From a bacterium (GTDB lineage: Bacteria; CLD3; SB21), in contig JABWCP010000013.1 of assembly GCA_013360215.1 (NCBI GenBank), positions 1 to 64,000 of the forward strand: a stretch of DNA of 64,000 nt, given 5' to 3'. Below, piece after piece: positions 28,006 to 38,080 of the stretch. Made by a program: the position numbers and the translations under genes. The number at the start of each line of letters is the position of its first letter. Position 1 is the first letter of the stretch. Below the pieces are notes generated by a model. It was not told the origin of the DNA, made no database searches, and was given only the letters and a program-made list of their open reading frames with translations.

Positions 28006-28440
28006 CTAATTAAACGTGTCTTTCACTCTTTCGGACTTCATCAAATATAAAGTCCATACGATGAACATCATCGCGCCTATTACAAATTCGGCCAAACGTA
28101 CCGATGAGGCATTATGATTTGTATCTGAACTCAACCACTGTGCTGATGTACCGACCAGACCGACGAAAACCAGATTGACCAGTAAAAGCATCATGATCAT
28201 TATTGGGGTGCGACGATCCATTCGGAAAAAATAAATCGGCACCATGATCGCATAAACAAGATAGCAGAGCGTAACGGTGACTTCTGCGTACGCAAGGTAG
28301 TTGGATGCCAAGACATTCGCAGCGGGTAATGACACTTGTTTGAGTGCGATCAATATACGAATCGGATTAATCAGCAGAAATAAACCTAATAACCATAACC
28401 ATCCTCCGATACGATGCGGATATTTGATAGTATGCTCCAT
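28006..28440 (-). CDS. DUF2569-like membrane protein
   Basis: IGGWLWL start, four TM segments, YLMKSERVKDTF end; GGAGG RBS. Confidence 0.8.
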   Translation of the reverse strand: MEHTIKYPHRIGGWLWLLGLFLLINPIRILIALKQVSLPAANVLASNYLAYAEVTVTLCYLVYAIMVPIYFFRMDRRTPIMIMMLLLVNLVFVGLVGTSAQWLSSDTNHNASSVRLAEFVIGAMMFIVWTLYLMKSERVKDTFN

Positions 28441-28595
28441 AAGACACCTCCTTCACAATCAAAGTACAGTGTAGCCTTTGGCGGAGCAATGACGGAGGTC
28501 AGTAGCGGCGTATTTTTTATCGACATGCGTATGGTTTCATTTATAGGATGGATTATAATTTTTGATTCCGTAAAAATTTCCATTATCTTATCCGT

Positions 28596-29342
28596 ATGCG
28601 TAAGACGTGGATAATTATAACTATAGCGATTTTAGCGTGTTCGCCGGAAAGTGGATCGCCGCCCAATGAATCGCCATTGGTGACGCGTATACTCGCACCT
28701 GCCGTCGTAGGGTTGACAGATACAGTAAAAATTTATACCTATGATGCCGATGAGAGCACGCTACAGATTGAAGCTAAAATCTTTGATGGTGACGGCCAAG
28801 TGCTATCGGATGTGTGGAAAACGAATTTGCATGACGACGGTCTTGCCGGAGATGTGAAGGCCAATGACGGCAACTATATCGGAGTGATCAAATCGCAAGC
28901 TCTTTTGGATCACAACAGCGGTTTTTTTGAATTGCAAGTCATCGTGACAGAAGCGAAGAGCGGAGCGACGGACAAGCAGTCGGTGTTTATAGAACAGAAT
29001 CCAAATCGCACGCATCCGCCTGAAGTTATCTTAGTGACGGCTCCCGATACGGTAAACCCAAGTCTGGTGAGTGAATTTTTAATAACCGTTACGGTTTCCG
29101 ATCCGGACGGTTTGGGTGATATAGCATCCGTGACGCGTACGACGCCAAGCAATCTGGTTTTAGCCTTACGTGATGATGGTGTGAACGGAGATGCGACGGC
29201 ACATGATGGTGTTTACTCAGAAAGAGTTTCGGTCAATCCTTCACCGCCAGCGGGGAGTTATACATTTACATTCAAAGCGACCGATCGGATCGGTCTTCAA
29301 AGCGCCGCGATCCCAAAAACGATAGTCATTATTTCAAATTAA
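28596..29342 (+). CDS. Lipoprotein with two choice-of-anchor-X-like (DDG..GD..A.DG.Y) domains
   Basis: Lipobox ILAC; LHDDGLAGDVKANDGNY and LRDDGVNGDATAHDGVY. Confidence 0.8.
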   Translation: MRKTWIIITIAILACSPESGSPPNESPLVTRILAPAVVGLTDTVKIYTYDADESTLQIEAKIFDGDGQVLSDVWKTNLHDDGLAGDVKANDGNYIGVIKSQALLDHNSGFFELQVIVTEAKSGATDKQSVFIEQNPNRTHPPEVILVTAPDTVNPSLVSEFLITVTVSDPDGLGDIASVTRTTPSNLVLALRDDGVNGDATAHDGVYSERVSVNPSPPAGSYTFTFKATDRIGLQSAAIPKTIVIISN

Positions 29343-29399
29343 AATCGCAGCCTCTGCCGTATAGTTTATCAAAACGTATCTAAAATCCACATCCTTACA

Positions 29400-29609
29400 T
29401 CAAAGCGTTACATCTTCAAAACAACTTCTTCCGTGCTGGCAAGTTTCCGGCGCGACGTAGGAGCCATCCGGCCCGGAAGTCAACATCGTTCGCAAACACC
29501 AGTACTGCGCTGTAGCTGAAGCATCCGTTCGCCATGCGTCATGATGATCCGGTTCCGTAACGTAAGCGGTTTTAGTGCGAATATGTTTACAATCTGATCG
29601 TGCGTTCAT
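29400..29609 (-). CDS. Small four-cysteine protein
   Basis: 69 aa with C7/C38/C57/C63; starts 5 bp after the upstream gene. Confidence 0.65.
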   Translation of the reverse strand: MNARSDCKHIRTKTAYVTEPDHHDAWRTDASATAQYWCLRTMLTSGPDGSYVAPETCQHGRSCFEDVTL

Positions 29610-29614
29610 TTTGA

Positions 29615-30043
29615 TTAAAAATTAAGTTCCTGATTTTTTTTGTTAACGGCGCGCTGTAAGGTGATATGACCAAGTAATGCGCAGGGCAGGTAGGTGATAA
29701 AATTGGCGACCCAATATTGAATAGGGTGACTGATCATGAGCATACCGATGACACCGAAAACCACATAAAATGCAGCGACAATGATCGCATTACGGTAACC
29801 GTTTTCCGGTGCAATCCAGGACGCTACGAGACCGCCCATAAAAGAACCCAGCGCCATACCCGCCACCGCAAAAAGAAATGCGCCTAAGGAAAGTGTTCGC
29901 AAGTGCGCTTCCAGCGTTTCAACGCTGTTAGGATTGAAATCGGCGGGGGGAGGATATATCGTGGCACCGACGTTTTGAACGATAGTCACCATTACGATCA
30001 CTGTGATGATACCGCCGATAACGGAAAAAATATTTTTAGCCAT
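29615..30043 (-). CDS. Hypothetical 4-TM membrane protein
   Basis: Hydrophobic segments; YPPP...; HP..YW motif. Confidence 0.8.
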   Translation of the reverse strand: MAKNIFSVIGGIITVIVMVTIVQNVGATIYPPPADFNPNSVETLEAHLRTLSLGAFLFAVAGMALGSFMGGLVASWIAPENGYRNAIIVAAFYVVFGVIGMLMISHPIQYWVANFITYLPCALLGHITLQRAVNKKNQELNF

Positions 30044-30083
30044 AAAACCTTTCGTGGTTGTTTGATGTAAAAACTAATACAGT

Positions 30084-31073
30084 TTATCGCAAAGGATCAA
30101 TACCGACCGCAAAACACAAAGCACGTCGGATCACGGTTTCCAATACGGAAATTTTGTACGCATTTTTGGATAGCGGCGTCGCGTTTGATAAAGCTTTTTT
30201 CGCGGCGCGCGCGGCAGACTCTTTGGTGATTGTCTGGCCGATGAGAAGGTTTTCAGCATCGGTGCAACGCCAGGGTATCGGAGCTGCTGCACCCAGCACG
30301 ATGCGCGCCGATCGGCAGATGTTGTTTTCGATAGCGAGTGCAACGGCAACTTCCGCGATCGGCCAATCAAACGATTGTTTTTCGTTTTGTCGAAGATAAA
30401 AACTGATCGTGCCTTTCGGCGGTTCGGGTATGTATATTTCCGTGTTGACTTCACCGGGTTGGAGCGCGTTCTCTTTTGTAATATCGTTCGCCGGAGTAAC
30501 AAAAAATTGATCCATTGCAAGTTCGCGTTCGCCTTTGGACGATTTTATTTTCAGGCGAGCATCCAACGCTGTCAAAGCCACGGCCGGCGACGAGGGATGA
30601 ACGATAACGCAGCCGTCGGTATTTCCAAAAATCGCGTGATACGTGTTTTCACCGTTCATCGCGTAACAGATTTTTCCGCCTTTGCGTGTACAATCAAATT
30701 CGTGACTTCTAAAGTACCAGCAGCGTGGTCTTTGGCAGAGATTGCCTCCGATCGTAGCGGTATGGCGGATTTGTGGTGTCGCCAAACTTGCACAAGCCTG
30801 AGCTAAAGCGCGAAACGGGCCGGAGTAAATATTATTTACGTTGGAAATATCCGCTATCGTAGTGCCGGCTCCGATGGATAGATCATCATCCAGGGAAATT
30901 TTTTGTAGTGCCGAGATTTGGCGCAAACTGACTAAGCGCGAAGGCGCTGTCAATCCTTCTTTCATCAAATCGATAATGTCCACGCCGCCGGCTTTTATCG
31001 TGGTGTTCGGTTCTTGAAGTACGGGCAAAAGTTTGTCTAAACTTGCACTCTGTAGGTATTCAAATTTATTCAT
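30084..31073 (-). CDS. Xanthine dehydrogenase-family FAD subunit (PaoB/YagS-like)
   Basis: AGGVD, TPQIRHTATIGGNLCQRPRCWYFR with the Cys-rich 4Fe-4S-type insert, HPS. Confidence 0.92.
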   Translation of the reverse strand: MNKFEYLQSASLDKLLPVLQEPNTTIKAGGVDIIDLMKEGLTAPSRLVSLRQISALQKISLDDDLSIGAGTTIADISNVNNIYSGPFRALAQACASLATPQIRHTATIGGNLCQRPRCWYFRSHEFDCTRKGGKICYAMNGENTYHAIFGNTDGCVIVHPSSPAVALTALDARLKIKSSKGERELAMDQFFVTPANDITKENALQPGEVNTEIYIPEPPKGTISFYLRQNEKQSFDWPIAEVAVALAIENNICRSARIVLGAAAPIPWRCTDAENLLIGQTITKESAARAAKKALSNATPLSKNAYKISVLETVIRRALCFAVGIDPLR

Positions 31074-31115
31074 ATGTACAAACCTTTTGATCTTGCTGAA
31101 GTGTCAGATGTTTCG

Positions 31116-33401
31116 TTACGACTGAAGCGCTTCCAGTACATGGGCGGCATGCATAGGGAGTTTGCGAATGCGTTTACCCGTTGCGTGAAAAAAGGCATTG
31201 GCTATAGCCGCCGCCGTCGGTATCGTAGCAGGTTCGCCGATCCCCATAGCGCCCGTAGCGGAAGCGCCGGTGTAGACATCCAGTATTTCCGTTTCAATGA
31301 CCGGTATATCTTTGGCTCCGGCAATTTTGTATTGATCAAAATTGGCGTTGACCATACGGCCGGTATACGTGTCTAAAATTCTATTTTCAAATAAAGCATA
31401 ACTCAATCCCTGTATCACGCCGCCGCGAATCTGGCTATCCAGTGTCAGCCGATTGATCACACGACCGCAATCGTGCACCGCGACGATACGATTAACCTTG
31501 ATAATGCCGGTTTCGGTGTCCACTTCGATATCTGCAAATTGTACACCGGCTATGTACGGCGGGCTGAGTGTAAGGTAATCGCGTGTGCGTTCACCGATAA
31601 CCGAAAATTTATCACCGCTGATTTTAGCGGCAACTTGTTTCCATGCGAGACTTTTAGACGCATCGCGGCGGGAAAAAATGCGGCCGTCGGCAACGGACAA
31701 ATCGTCCGATGGTACACCCAGCATAGGTGCGGCGATTTCAAACATTTTGAGTTTAGCAAGATAAGCGGCATGACGCGCTGCCGGGGTAATACCCGCCGTA
31801 GTCTGACTACCGCCGCTGGCAGGGCCGAGGCCGTACTGTGTATCGCCGATTTTGATGACGATGTCCTTCGTTTGCAATCCCAGTTCTTCCGCGACGACCA
31901 TTGCCAAAGCGGTGCGGATACCGCCGCCAATATCTTGTACGCCGTTGGTCATTTCGACGGAACCGTCGCTATGCACTTCGATGGTAGCTTGAAATCCGGT
32001 ACCGTAAATGTAATACCATACGGCGTTGGCCATTCCGAAACCGCGCTTAATCGGGCCTTTGTCGCTGGCGGGTTGGACGGCGCGCCGGTCCCAACCGAAA
32101 CGTTTCGCGCCAATGTCGTATTCAGCCAATCGAACGGTATCGGTTTTAGAATTGATTCGTCGTAGGGCAAGCGGGTCCATGTTGAGTTTGTATGCCAATT
32201 CATCTACGGATTGCTCCAGTGCAAATGTTCCCTGCGGATGACCCGGCGCTCTAAATGCGGCGCCTGCACCGGCATGGGTAAAGACATCGTACTGCTCGGA
32301 GTATTTATGAGGAACGGCAAAATACAAATTCATCGCCGGACCGTCGCATCCGGAGCCTGTACCAACGCCGGCCGTACCGTGCGCAATTAATTTGATGGCT
32401 TGGATTTCACCTCGCGCGTTAGCACCGACACGAAGTTTTTGCACCGCGCTGGGGCGATTGCCTGCAGCGATGTGTTCTTCCTTTCGGTCCAGCATAAGGC
32501 GTACAGGTGCACCGGCTATTTTGGCCAATTTAGCCGCAGCGATGCCGTATACTCCTGCACCGAACTTTGCACCAAATCCGCCGCCCATGTATTCCGTAAT
32601 AACGCGTACATGTGTTTTGGGTAACTGAAAAACATTGGCTAATTCATCCCGAACACTGAATGTGCCTTGTGTCGAAGCCCACACCGTAAGTTTGTCCGAG
32701 CTTTCCCAGAACGCCACGACACCATGCGTTTCCATTGCCGAATGGGTCTGCACTTGTGTTTCATAAACAGCATCTACGGTTACGGCGCTGGATGATAACG
32801 CGGCATCCACAGAAGCGGCGTTGCCTTTGACGGCGGGGCCGCGCAAGTTGCCTTTTTGCGTAACGGATCCGATGGATGTCGGTTCATCGCCTTCCGATTT
32901 TTGTTCTTCAACGGCCGTGTCAAAAATATGCGATGCACCCGGTTTCATTGCATCCTGAATGGTGGTAATAACCGCACGTTTTTCGTATTGAATTTCGATC
33001 AGTTTAAGTGCTTCGTTGGCGGCGTGTGATGAAGTCGCGGCTACGGCACAAATTTCCTGACCGGCAAATCGTACGAATTGTGGTATCGTGTCTTGTATAC
33101 GTATCACCGCGCGCACGCCGGGATATTTTTCGGCGCGGGAGGTGTCTATCTTGCGAATGACGGCTGAAGCGTGCGGTGAGCGCAAAATCCGAGCATATAA
33201 CATGTCCGGCAATTGAATGTCGAAGGTATACCGTGCAGAACCTGTTACTTTGGCCTGACCGTCCAGACGAGTTTGGCTTTTGCTAACCAATTGCAAACGG
33301 TCATCCGCATCCCATGGTTTCGGGACGTTATCGGGAAGGGAAACGTTTTTTTCCGTCCATACTCCGGAATGACCGGTTTTGAGCTTGATATTTTTAGGCA
33401 T
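31116..33401 (-). CDS. Xanthine dehydrogenase-family molybdopterin subunit (PaoC/YagR-like)
   Basis: KVTGSARYTFD, HSAMETH, MGGGFGAK, FRAPG, SGGS, GIGEP. Confidence 0.94.
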   Translation of the reverse strand: MPKNIKLKTGHSGVWTEKNVSLPDNVPKPWDADDRLQLVSKSQTRLDGQAKVTGSARYTFDIQLPDMLYARILRSPHASAVIRKIDTSRAEKYPGVRAVIRIQDTIPQFVRFAGQEICAVAATSSHAANEALKLIEIQYEKRAVITTIQDAMKPGASHIFDTAVEEQKSEGDEPTSIGSVTQKGNLRGPAVKGNAASVDAALSSSAVTVDAVYETQVQTHSAMETHGVVAFWESSDKLTVWASTQGTFSVRDELANVFQLPKTHVRVITEYMGGGFGAKFGAGVYGIAAAKLAKIAGAPVRLMLDRKEEHIAAGNRPSAVQKLRVGANARGEIQAIKLIAHGTAGVGTGSGCDGPAMNLYFAVPHKYSEQYDVFTHAGAGAAFRAPGHPQGTFALEQSVDELAYKLNMDPLALRRINSKTDTVRLAEYDIGAKRFGWDRRAVQPASDKGPIKRGFGMANAVWYYIYGTGFQATIEVHSDGSVEMTNGVQDIGGGIRTALAMVVAEELGLQTKDIVIKIGDTQYGLGPASGGSQTTAGITPAARHAAYLAKLKMFEIAAPMLGVPSDDLSVADGRIFSRRDASKSLAWKQVAAKISGDKFSVIGERTRDYLTLSPPYIAGVQFADIEVDTETGIIKVNRIVAVHDCGRVINRLTLDSQIRGGVIQGLSYALFENRILDTYTGRMVNANFDQYKIAGAKDIPVIETEILDVYTGASATGAMGIGEPATIPTAAAIANAFFHATGKRIRKLPMHAAHVLEALQS

Positions 33402-33419
33402 AAAAATTACTCAATTTTG

Positions 33420-34058
33420 TTATTTCATGTTTTTTGCGGCCGACTGTACGGCTTCAAAAACGTGATTGTATGTGCCGCATCGGCAAAGATTTCCGCTGAC
33501 CGCATCTTTTACGTCGTCGATGGACGGGTTTTTATTATCGCGAAGCAAGGCCGCACAACTCATCACCATACCCGGCGTACAAAATCCGCATTGTAACGCG
33601 TCATGTTCGATGAAAGCTTGCTGTAGCGGGTGCAGCGACGTACCATCCGAAAGTCCTTCGATGGTCGTAATCTCGGACCCGATCGCATCCACAGCCAAGG
33701 TGAGGCATGCGTTTATGGTTTTACCATTCATCCATACTGTACACGCACCGCAGGCTCCGCGTTCACATCCCGTTTTAGTGCCTGTAAGATGGAGATGATC
33801 GCGCAGCACTTCGGCCAATGTCCATCGTGGTTCGACACGCAAGGATTGTTTCTTGCCGTTGACGGATAATGTGATGTCCGTTGCGTCCGGGCCCAGTGTT
33901 TGGATATCCTGCGTCGGATTGGCACAGGAAGCTTGCAGTGCACCGATGATGCCGCCGTTAGCGGCGACAGCGCCCAGAGATGAGAGGCCGAAATCTTTGA
34001 GGAAAGCGCGGCGTGATGGATCCGGCAATTCACCGGCATCGTCTTGCGGTTCATTCAT
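33420..34058 (-). CDS. 2Fe-2S subunit with Tat signal (PaoA/YagT-like)
   Basis: SRRAFLK; GCERGACGAC, QCGFC, NLCRCG. Confidence 0.94.
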   Translation of the reverse strand: MNEPQDDAGELPDPSRRAFLKDFGLSSLGAVAANGGIIGALQASCANPTQDIQTLGPDATDITLSVNGKKQSLRVEPRWTLAEVLRDHLHLTGTKTGCERGACGACTVWMNGKTINACLTLAVDAIGSEITTIEGLSDGTSLHPLQQAFIEHDALQCGFCTPGMVMSCAALLRDNKNPSIDDVKDAVSGNLCRCGTYNHVFEAVQSAAKNMK

Positions 34059-34157
34059 AAGCTGCTCTTCAAAGTTGGTATAGTGTTCGATATGTTAAGT
34101 TTTATTAACGGAAAAATCAGGCCTAATGTTTCAGAGTTGCAAAGTTGTTGTGATCCA

Positions 34158-34622
34158 TCAACCCAAAACAAAATCCACTTCATACATTGCATAATGCGCT
34201 TCATTCATACCACAACGATGATATACATTCATGGCTTTGCGATTACTTTTGTCCACATATAGTCGTATGCCGCACACGTCTTTTTTATTGCGTGCCTGCT
34301 CAAGTACATATTGGTATAATTTGCGATATATACCCATGCCGCGAAATTCCGGGTCAACGTATACGCTTTGAATCCACCAGAAAACTCCGTTTCGCCAATC
34401 GCTCCATTCGTATGTGATCATGAGTTGTCCGACGACCGTGCCATCGGGCCGTTCGGCGAGTAAATAAAAACCAAATTGCGGCTGACGAAACAAATTGGTT
34501 ACGCCGTCGCGTAAAATATGGCGCGGTAATTCTTTATTTTCAGTTTCTTTGGCCATGGCGGCATTATTGTGAACAAGGATATCCGTGTCGGAAACAGATG
34601 CTAAGCGTATATGGATGGCCAT
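34158..34622 (-). CDS. GNAT-family N-acetyltransferase
   Basis: YEWSDWRNG, VYVDPEFRGMG, N..A..VY. Confidence 0.9.
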   Translation of the reverse strand: MAIHIRLASVSDTDILVHNNAAMAKETENKELPRHILRDGVTNLFRQPQFGFYLLAERPDGTVVGQLMITYEWSDWRNGVFWWIQSVYVDPEFRGMGIYRKLYQYVLEQARNKKDVCGIRLYVDKSNRKAMNVYHRCGMNEAHYAMYEVDFVLG

Positions 34623-34756
34623 AAAGTTAATGCAGTTATAATGAAGGGATTATAGCGCTATAATACGCTTTTCCTAATTTGGTTACAAATAGAGAATAAC
34701 CGGTGTACTTTGCAGACGCTTATTGCCTTAGTCGGTATCGGCACTTATATTTGCAG

Positions 34757-35521
34757 ATGACGATGAAAATCAGTGTGATCATACCCGCCTACAACGAAGC
34801 CTCGATTATTGGTGAAACGCTTTCGGCATTGATGAAAGCCGACCGTCCATCGAACCCGATAGAGTTTATCGTTGTCAATAACGCCAGCACGGATCGTACG
34901 GCGGAGATTGCCTCTTCGTTTCCCGACGTCCGAGTTGTTACAGAATCGGAAAAAGGCCTCACCAAAGCGCGTCAGTGCGGTAACGCCCATGCGCAAGGCG
35001 ATATCCTGATCTATATTGATGCGGATACGCGTATCCCCAAACATCTTTTACGAACGATCGAAGAGAAATTTATAGCCGATCCCAAACTTGTTGCGATGTC
35101 GGGTCCTTATAAGTATCACGACTGGACATGGTACGGGCGGTTGATCTTATGGCTTTATCACTGGACTTTGGTTCCGATGAACCAATTGGTAATCAATCGC
35201 ATACTCAATAAAGGCAGTGTTTTTTACGGTGGTAATTTTGCCGTGAGAAAAAAGGCGCTGGATAAAATAGGCGGCTTTGATACCGGGTTGGAATTTTGGA
35301 GTGAAGATACGCAGATCGGTCGCCGTATGAGTCGGGAAGGCCGTGTTCGTTTTTTTCATCGGGCGTATGTTTATACGTCGGCACGTCGTTATTATGCGGA
35401 GGGGTTTCTTCGCGTGCTCATGCGGTATATCATGAATTATTTTTGGGATATTATTTTTCATCGCCCTTTCACCAAAGGTTATCAGGACGTACGTTCTACC
35501 CCGCCGAAGCAAACGACTTAA
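34757..35521 (+). CDS. GT2-family glycosyltransferase
   Basis: SVIIPAYNE, NNASTD, DAD, GGFD, ED, TSARR. Confidence 0.92.
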   Translation: MTMKISVIIPAYNEASIIGETLSALMKADRPSNPIEFIVVNNASTDRTAEIASSFPDVRVVTESEKGLTKARQCGNAHAQGDILIYIDADTRIPKHLLRTIEEKFIADPKLVAMSGPYKYHDWTWYGRLILWLYHWTLVPMNQLVINRILNKGSVFYGGNFAVRKKALDKIGGFDTGLEFWSEDTQIGRRMSREGRVRFFHRAYVYTSARRYYAEGFLRVLMRYIMNYFWDIIFHRPFTKGYQDVRSTPPKQTT

Positions 35522-35534
35522 AATCTTCCAACGT

Positions 35535-36725
35535 TCACGGTGTAATTTTTTTTACAAAAACCGATCGTGCTTTTTCAGCCGGATTAGCGTCGGGATAGTC
35601 CAGAACCGCCGTATTGATGTATATCTGGTTGGTTATGGTTTTTTGGATCTCTTTACCTACCGCAAAAGCGTACAGCGCTGTATCGGCATCTGCTTCGATG
35701 GGAATGCTCCACTCGATGCGATCACCTCGTTTACGCGCGATGTAGTAACCATCTTTGTTGATATACACATGGCATGCGGTAGCTAATGTAGGATGCACTA
35801 GACGTGCGGTGCCGCGAAGAAACCATTTTTCTTTGCGGGCGATGGCGATGTCTTTGCGCTGCAAAAGAACGGGCGACGGACTGAGGGCCTGTGTGAGCGA
35901 TAGGACACTTTTGACGGTGTCCTGAAAAAACAAAGCATATTCTTTGGTTTGCTCGTTACTGGCGCGGGCTAGCGTAAGAATCATACCGGGTTCATAGGGG
36001 ATTTCGATATGTATAGGCACGCTGTTGCCGATCGCGTTGACAAACTGAACGCGCGGGCTGGCCGCAACAAGCATACTGCGATCCGATTGAAATTGCAGAT
36101 CTAACACGAGAAAATCATCGCTGCGCTTTTCGATAAATAAAGAATCCATCATAAGATCGCGTTCGCAAAAAACCTGCGTACCGTAATGACGTATCGTATA
36201 ACGCGCGAGTCGCGTTTTGGCGCCGCGGATCAGCGTATCTTTGATCACGCTGTCTTTGTAGGAAGCAATACCGATACCGATATGCGTAAATTCCGCTTTC
36301 AATATATTAGCGCGATGGCCGGGACTATTCATCCACTGTTTCATCAGTTGATCGGCGATGCTGCGATATCCGCCATCCACGCTATGCAAAGCAATATTTT
36401 CGCCGAGCGATGCGTCCGATGCCCCCGTGCGATATACGCGGTCGGATACGGTTTTTAGTGAAGCGGTAGGGGAAGTATGAGAAAAATAACCCAGTGCCAT
36501 CATTTCACGGGAATGTTGCCGGGCCGCTGAGCGCAAGGCTTTATCCCACACGAGAGGCGGAAGTTTAACTTTGGCGCGTTCGACATTCACCTGGTTCCAA
36601 ACTTCCATTTCGGCTAATGAGTCGCCCGGTAGCGCCGAAAATTCGTCATGCAGATATTGGATCTGTTGCCCCCAAATCGTTGTCGTCAGGCATAATGAAA
36701 CAAATATGAATAACTTTTTGATCAT
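35535..36725 (-). CDS. Secreted CAP/SCP-domain protein with unknown C-terminal region
   Basis: N.ER, HSREM..YFSH, GENIA, WMNSPGHRANIL. Confidence 0.88.
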   Translation of the reverse strand: MIKKLFIFVSLCLTTTIWGQQIQYLHDEFSALPGDSLAEMEVWNQVNVERAKVKLPPLVWDKALRSAARQHSREMMALGYFSHTSPTASLKTVSDRVYRTGASDASLGENIALHSVDGGYRSIADQLMKQWMNSPGHRANILKAEFTHIGIGIASYKDSVIKDTLIRGAKTRLARYTIRHYGTQVFCERDLMMDSLFIEKRSDDFLVLDLQFQSDRSMLVAASPRVQFVNAIGNSVPIHIEIPYEPGMILTLARASNEQTKEYALFFQDTVKSVLSLTQALSPSPVLLQRKDIAIARKEKWFLRGTARLVHPTLATACHVYINKDGYYIARKRGDRIEWSIPIEADADTALYAFAVGKEIQKTITNQIYINTAVLDYPDANPAEKARSVFVKKITP

Positions 36726-36731
36726 AACGAA

Positions 36732-37346
36732 TTATGCTCCTGTTGAGGCGAGGCGTAAAGCCTGTTTGATCATATCCTGCAGAGCAAACGGTTTATCACC
36801 GGATTCACGTAATAAGCGAGCGATAGCTTTTTCGGCGACGGGTTTGGAGTAGCCGAGAGAGATCAGTGCCATTAAGGCTTCATCGGCGACCTGCAGGTTG
36901 GCCGATGATGTGGTAAGCTTAGCGGTTGATGCGACGTCGCCCATTTTGGTGATTTTGTCTTTGAGTTCGACGACGATACGTTGCGCAGTTTTTTTGCCGA
37001 TACCCGGAATGGCCGTCAGCAATTGTACGTCTTCGTTGAGGACAGCGGCTTTAAAATCACGGATCGCGATGCCGGACATCATACTGATGCCGGACTTGGG
37101 GCCGATGCCGGAGACGGAAATCAAAAGTAAAAAAAACGAGCGCTCTTCAGCGCTTACAAAGCCGAACAACTGCATGATGTCTTCGCGCACATGCATATAC
37201 GTCAGTAGCTTGCAAGCCGCGCCTACGGCCGGGATTTTTTCGTAGGTGCTCACGGGTATAAAAAGTTCGTAGCCGATACCCTGTACGTCAATAACGGCGC
37301 GTGTCGGTTCTTTTTCGGCCACTAGGCCTTGGACAAATGTGATCAT
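36732..37346 (-). CDS. ruvA: Holliday junction branch migration protein RuvA
   Basis: GIGYE, VRED..LFGF, VSGIGPK, IPGIGKKTAQRI, ALISLGY. Confidence 0.97.
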   Translation of the reverse strand: MITFVQGLVAEKEPTRAVIDVQGIGYELFIPVSTYEKIPAVGAACKLLTYMHVREDIMQLFGFVSAEERSFFLLLISVSGIGPKSGISMMSGIAIRDFKAAVLNEDVQLLTAIPGIGKKTAQRIVVELKDKITKMGDVASTAKLTTSSANLQVADEALMALISLGYSKPVAEKAIARLLRESGDKPFALQDMIKQALRLASTGA

Positions 37347-37348
37347 GA

Positions 37349-38065
37349 TTAAAGATATCCTGATTTGGCTAAACTGGTATAGTGACGTCCCGCGATGATG
37401 ATATGATCGCGAACGGGGATACTCATAATAATGCCGGCTTCTTTGAGCTGTTCGGTGACCGCGATATCCTCCCGGCTCGGTTCCGGATTTCCGCTGGGAT
37501 GATTATGTACGAGGATAATACTTGCCGCCATATATTCGATCGCCGCTCGAAAAACTTCGCGGGGATGTACCAAACTGGCATTGAGTGTGCCTTCGGAGAT
37601 CGTGCAATCACGTATGATCTGATTGGCGCTGTCCAGCAATACCACCATAAAAATTTCCCGATTAAGATCGCGTAACCGTGGCATATAATGTTTGAATAAA
37701 TCCTCCGGCGCACGTACACGGATTTTTTTAGCATCGCTTTGAGCCTCGATGCGACGGGATAATTCGAAAGCCGCGGCCAATTTGATGGACTTCACTTTAC
37801 CGATGCCTTTAAAACGGCGCAATTCGTGCGTCGAACACCGCGCCAGTGCGGCAAGGCCTGAGAATTCCTTTTCGAGCGCACGCGCCAAATCAACGGCTGT
37901 AATATTACGCGTACCGCTGCCGATGAGTATAGCTATTAATTCGGCGGAACTCAATCGTGCGGCACCGAGTTGTTCTAATTTTTCCCGCGGTCGGTCTTGC
38001 GAAGACCAGTCTTTGATCTTGGCATGATAGAGCGAAGGTTCGGCTATTTTTTTTGGTTTCCCCAC
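37349..38065 (-). CDS. radC: RadC-family JAB-domain protein
   Basis: RPREKL, LS..ELIAIL, VHPREVF, HNHPSG, DHII. Confidence 0.95.
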   Translation of the reverse strand: MGKPKKIAEPSLYHAKIKDWSSQDRPREKLEQLGAARLSSAELIAILIGSGTRNITAVDLARALEKEFSGLAALARCSTHELRRFKGIGKVKSIKLAAAFELSRRIEAQSDAKKIRVRAPEDLFKHYMPRLRDLNREIFMVVLLDSANQIIRDCTISEGTLNASLVHPREVFRAAIEYMAASIILVHNHPSGNPEPSREDIAVTEQLKEAGIIMSIPVRDHIIIAGRHYTSLAKSGYL

Positions 38066-38080
38066 GATGGTTTTGGTTGC

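Noticed and set aside
37349-38065. radC as a mobile-element or anti-restriction marker
   Set aside because: Full-length chromosomal type with N-terminal HhH region, adjacent to ruvA, with no mobile context
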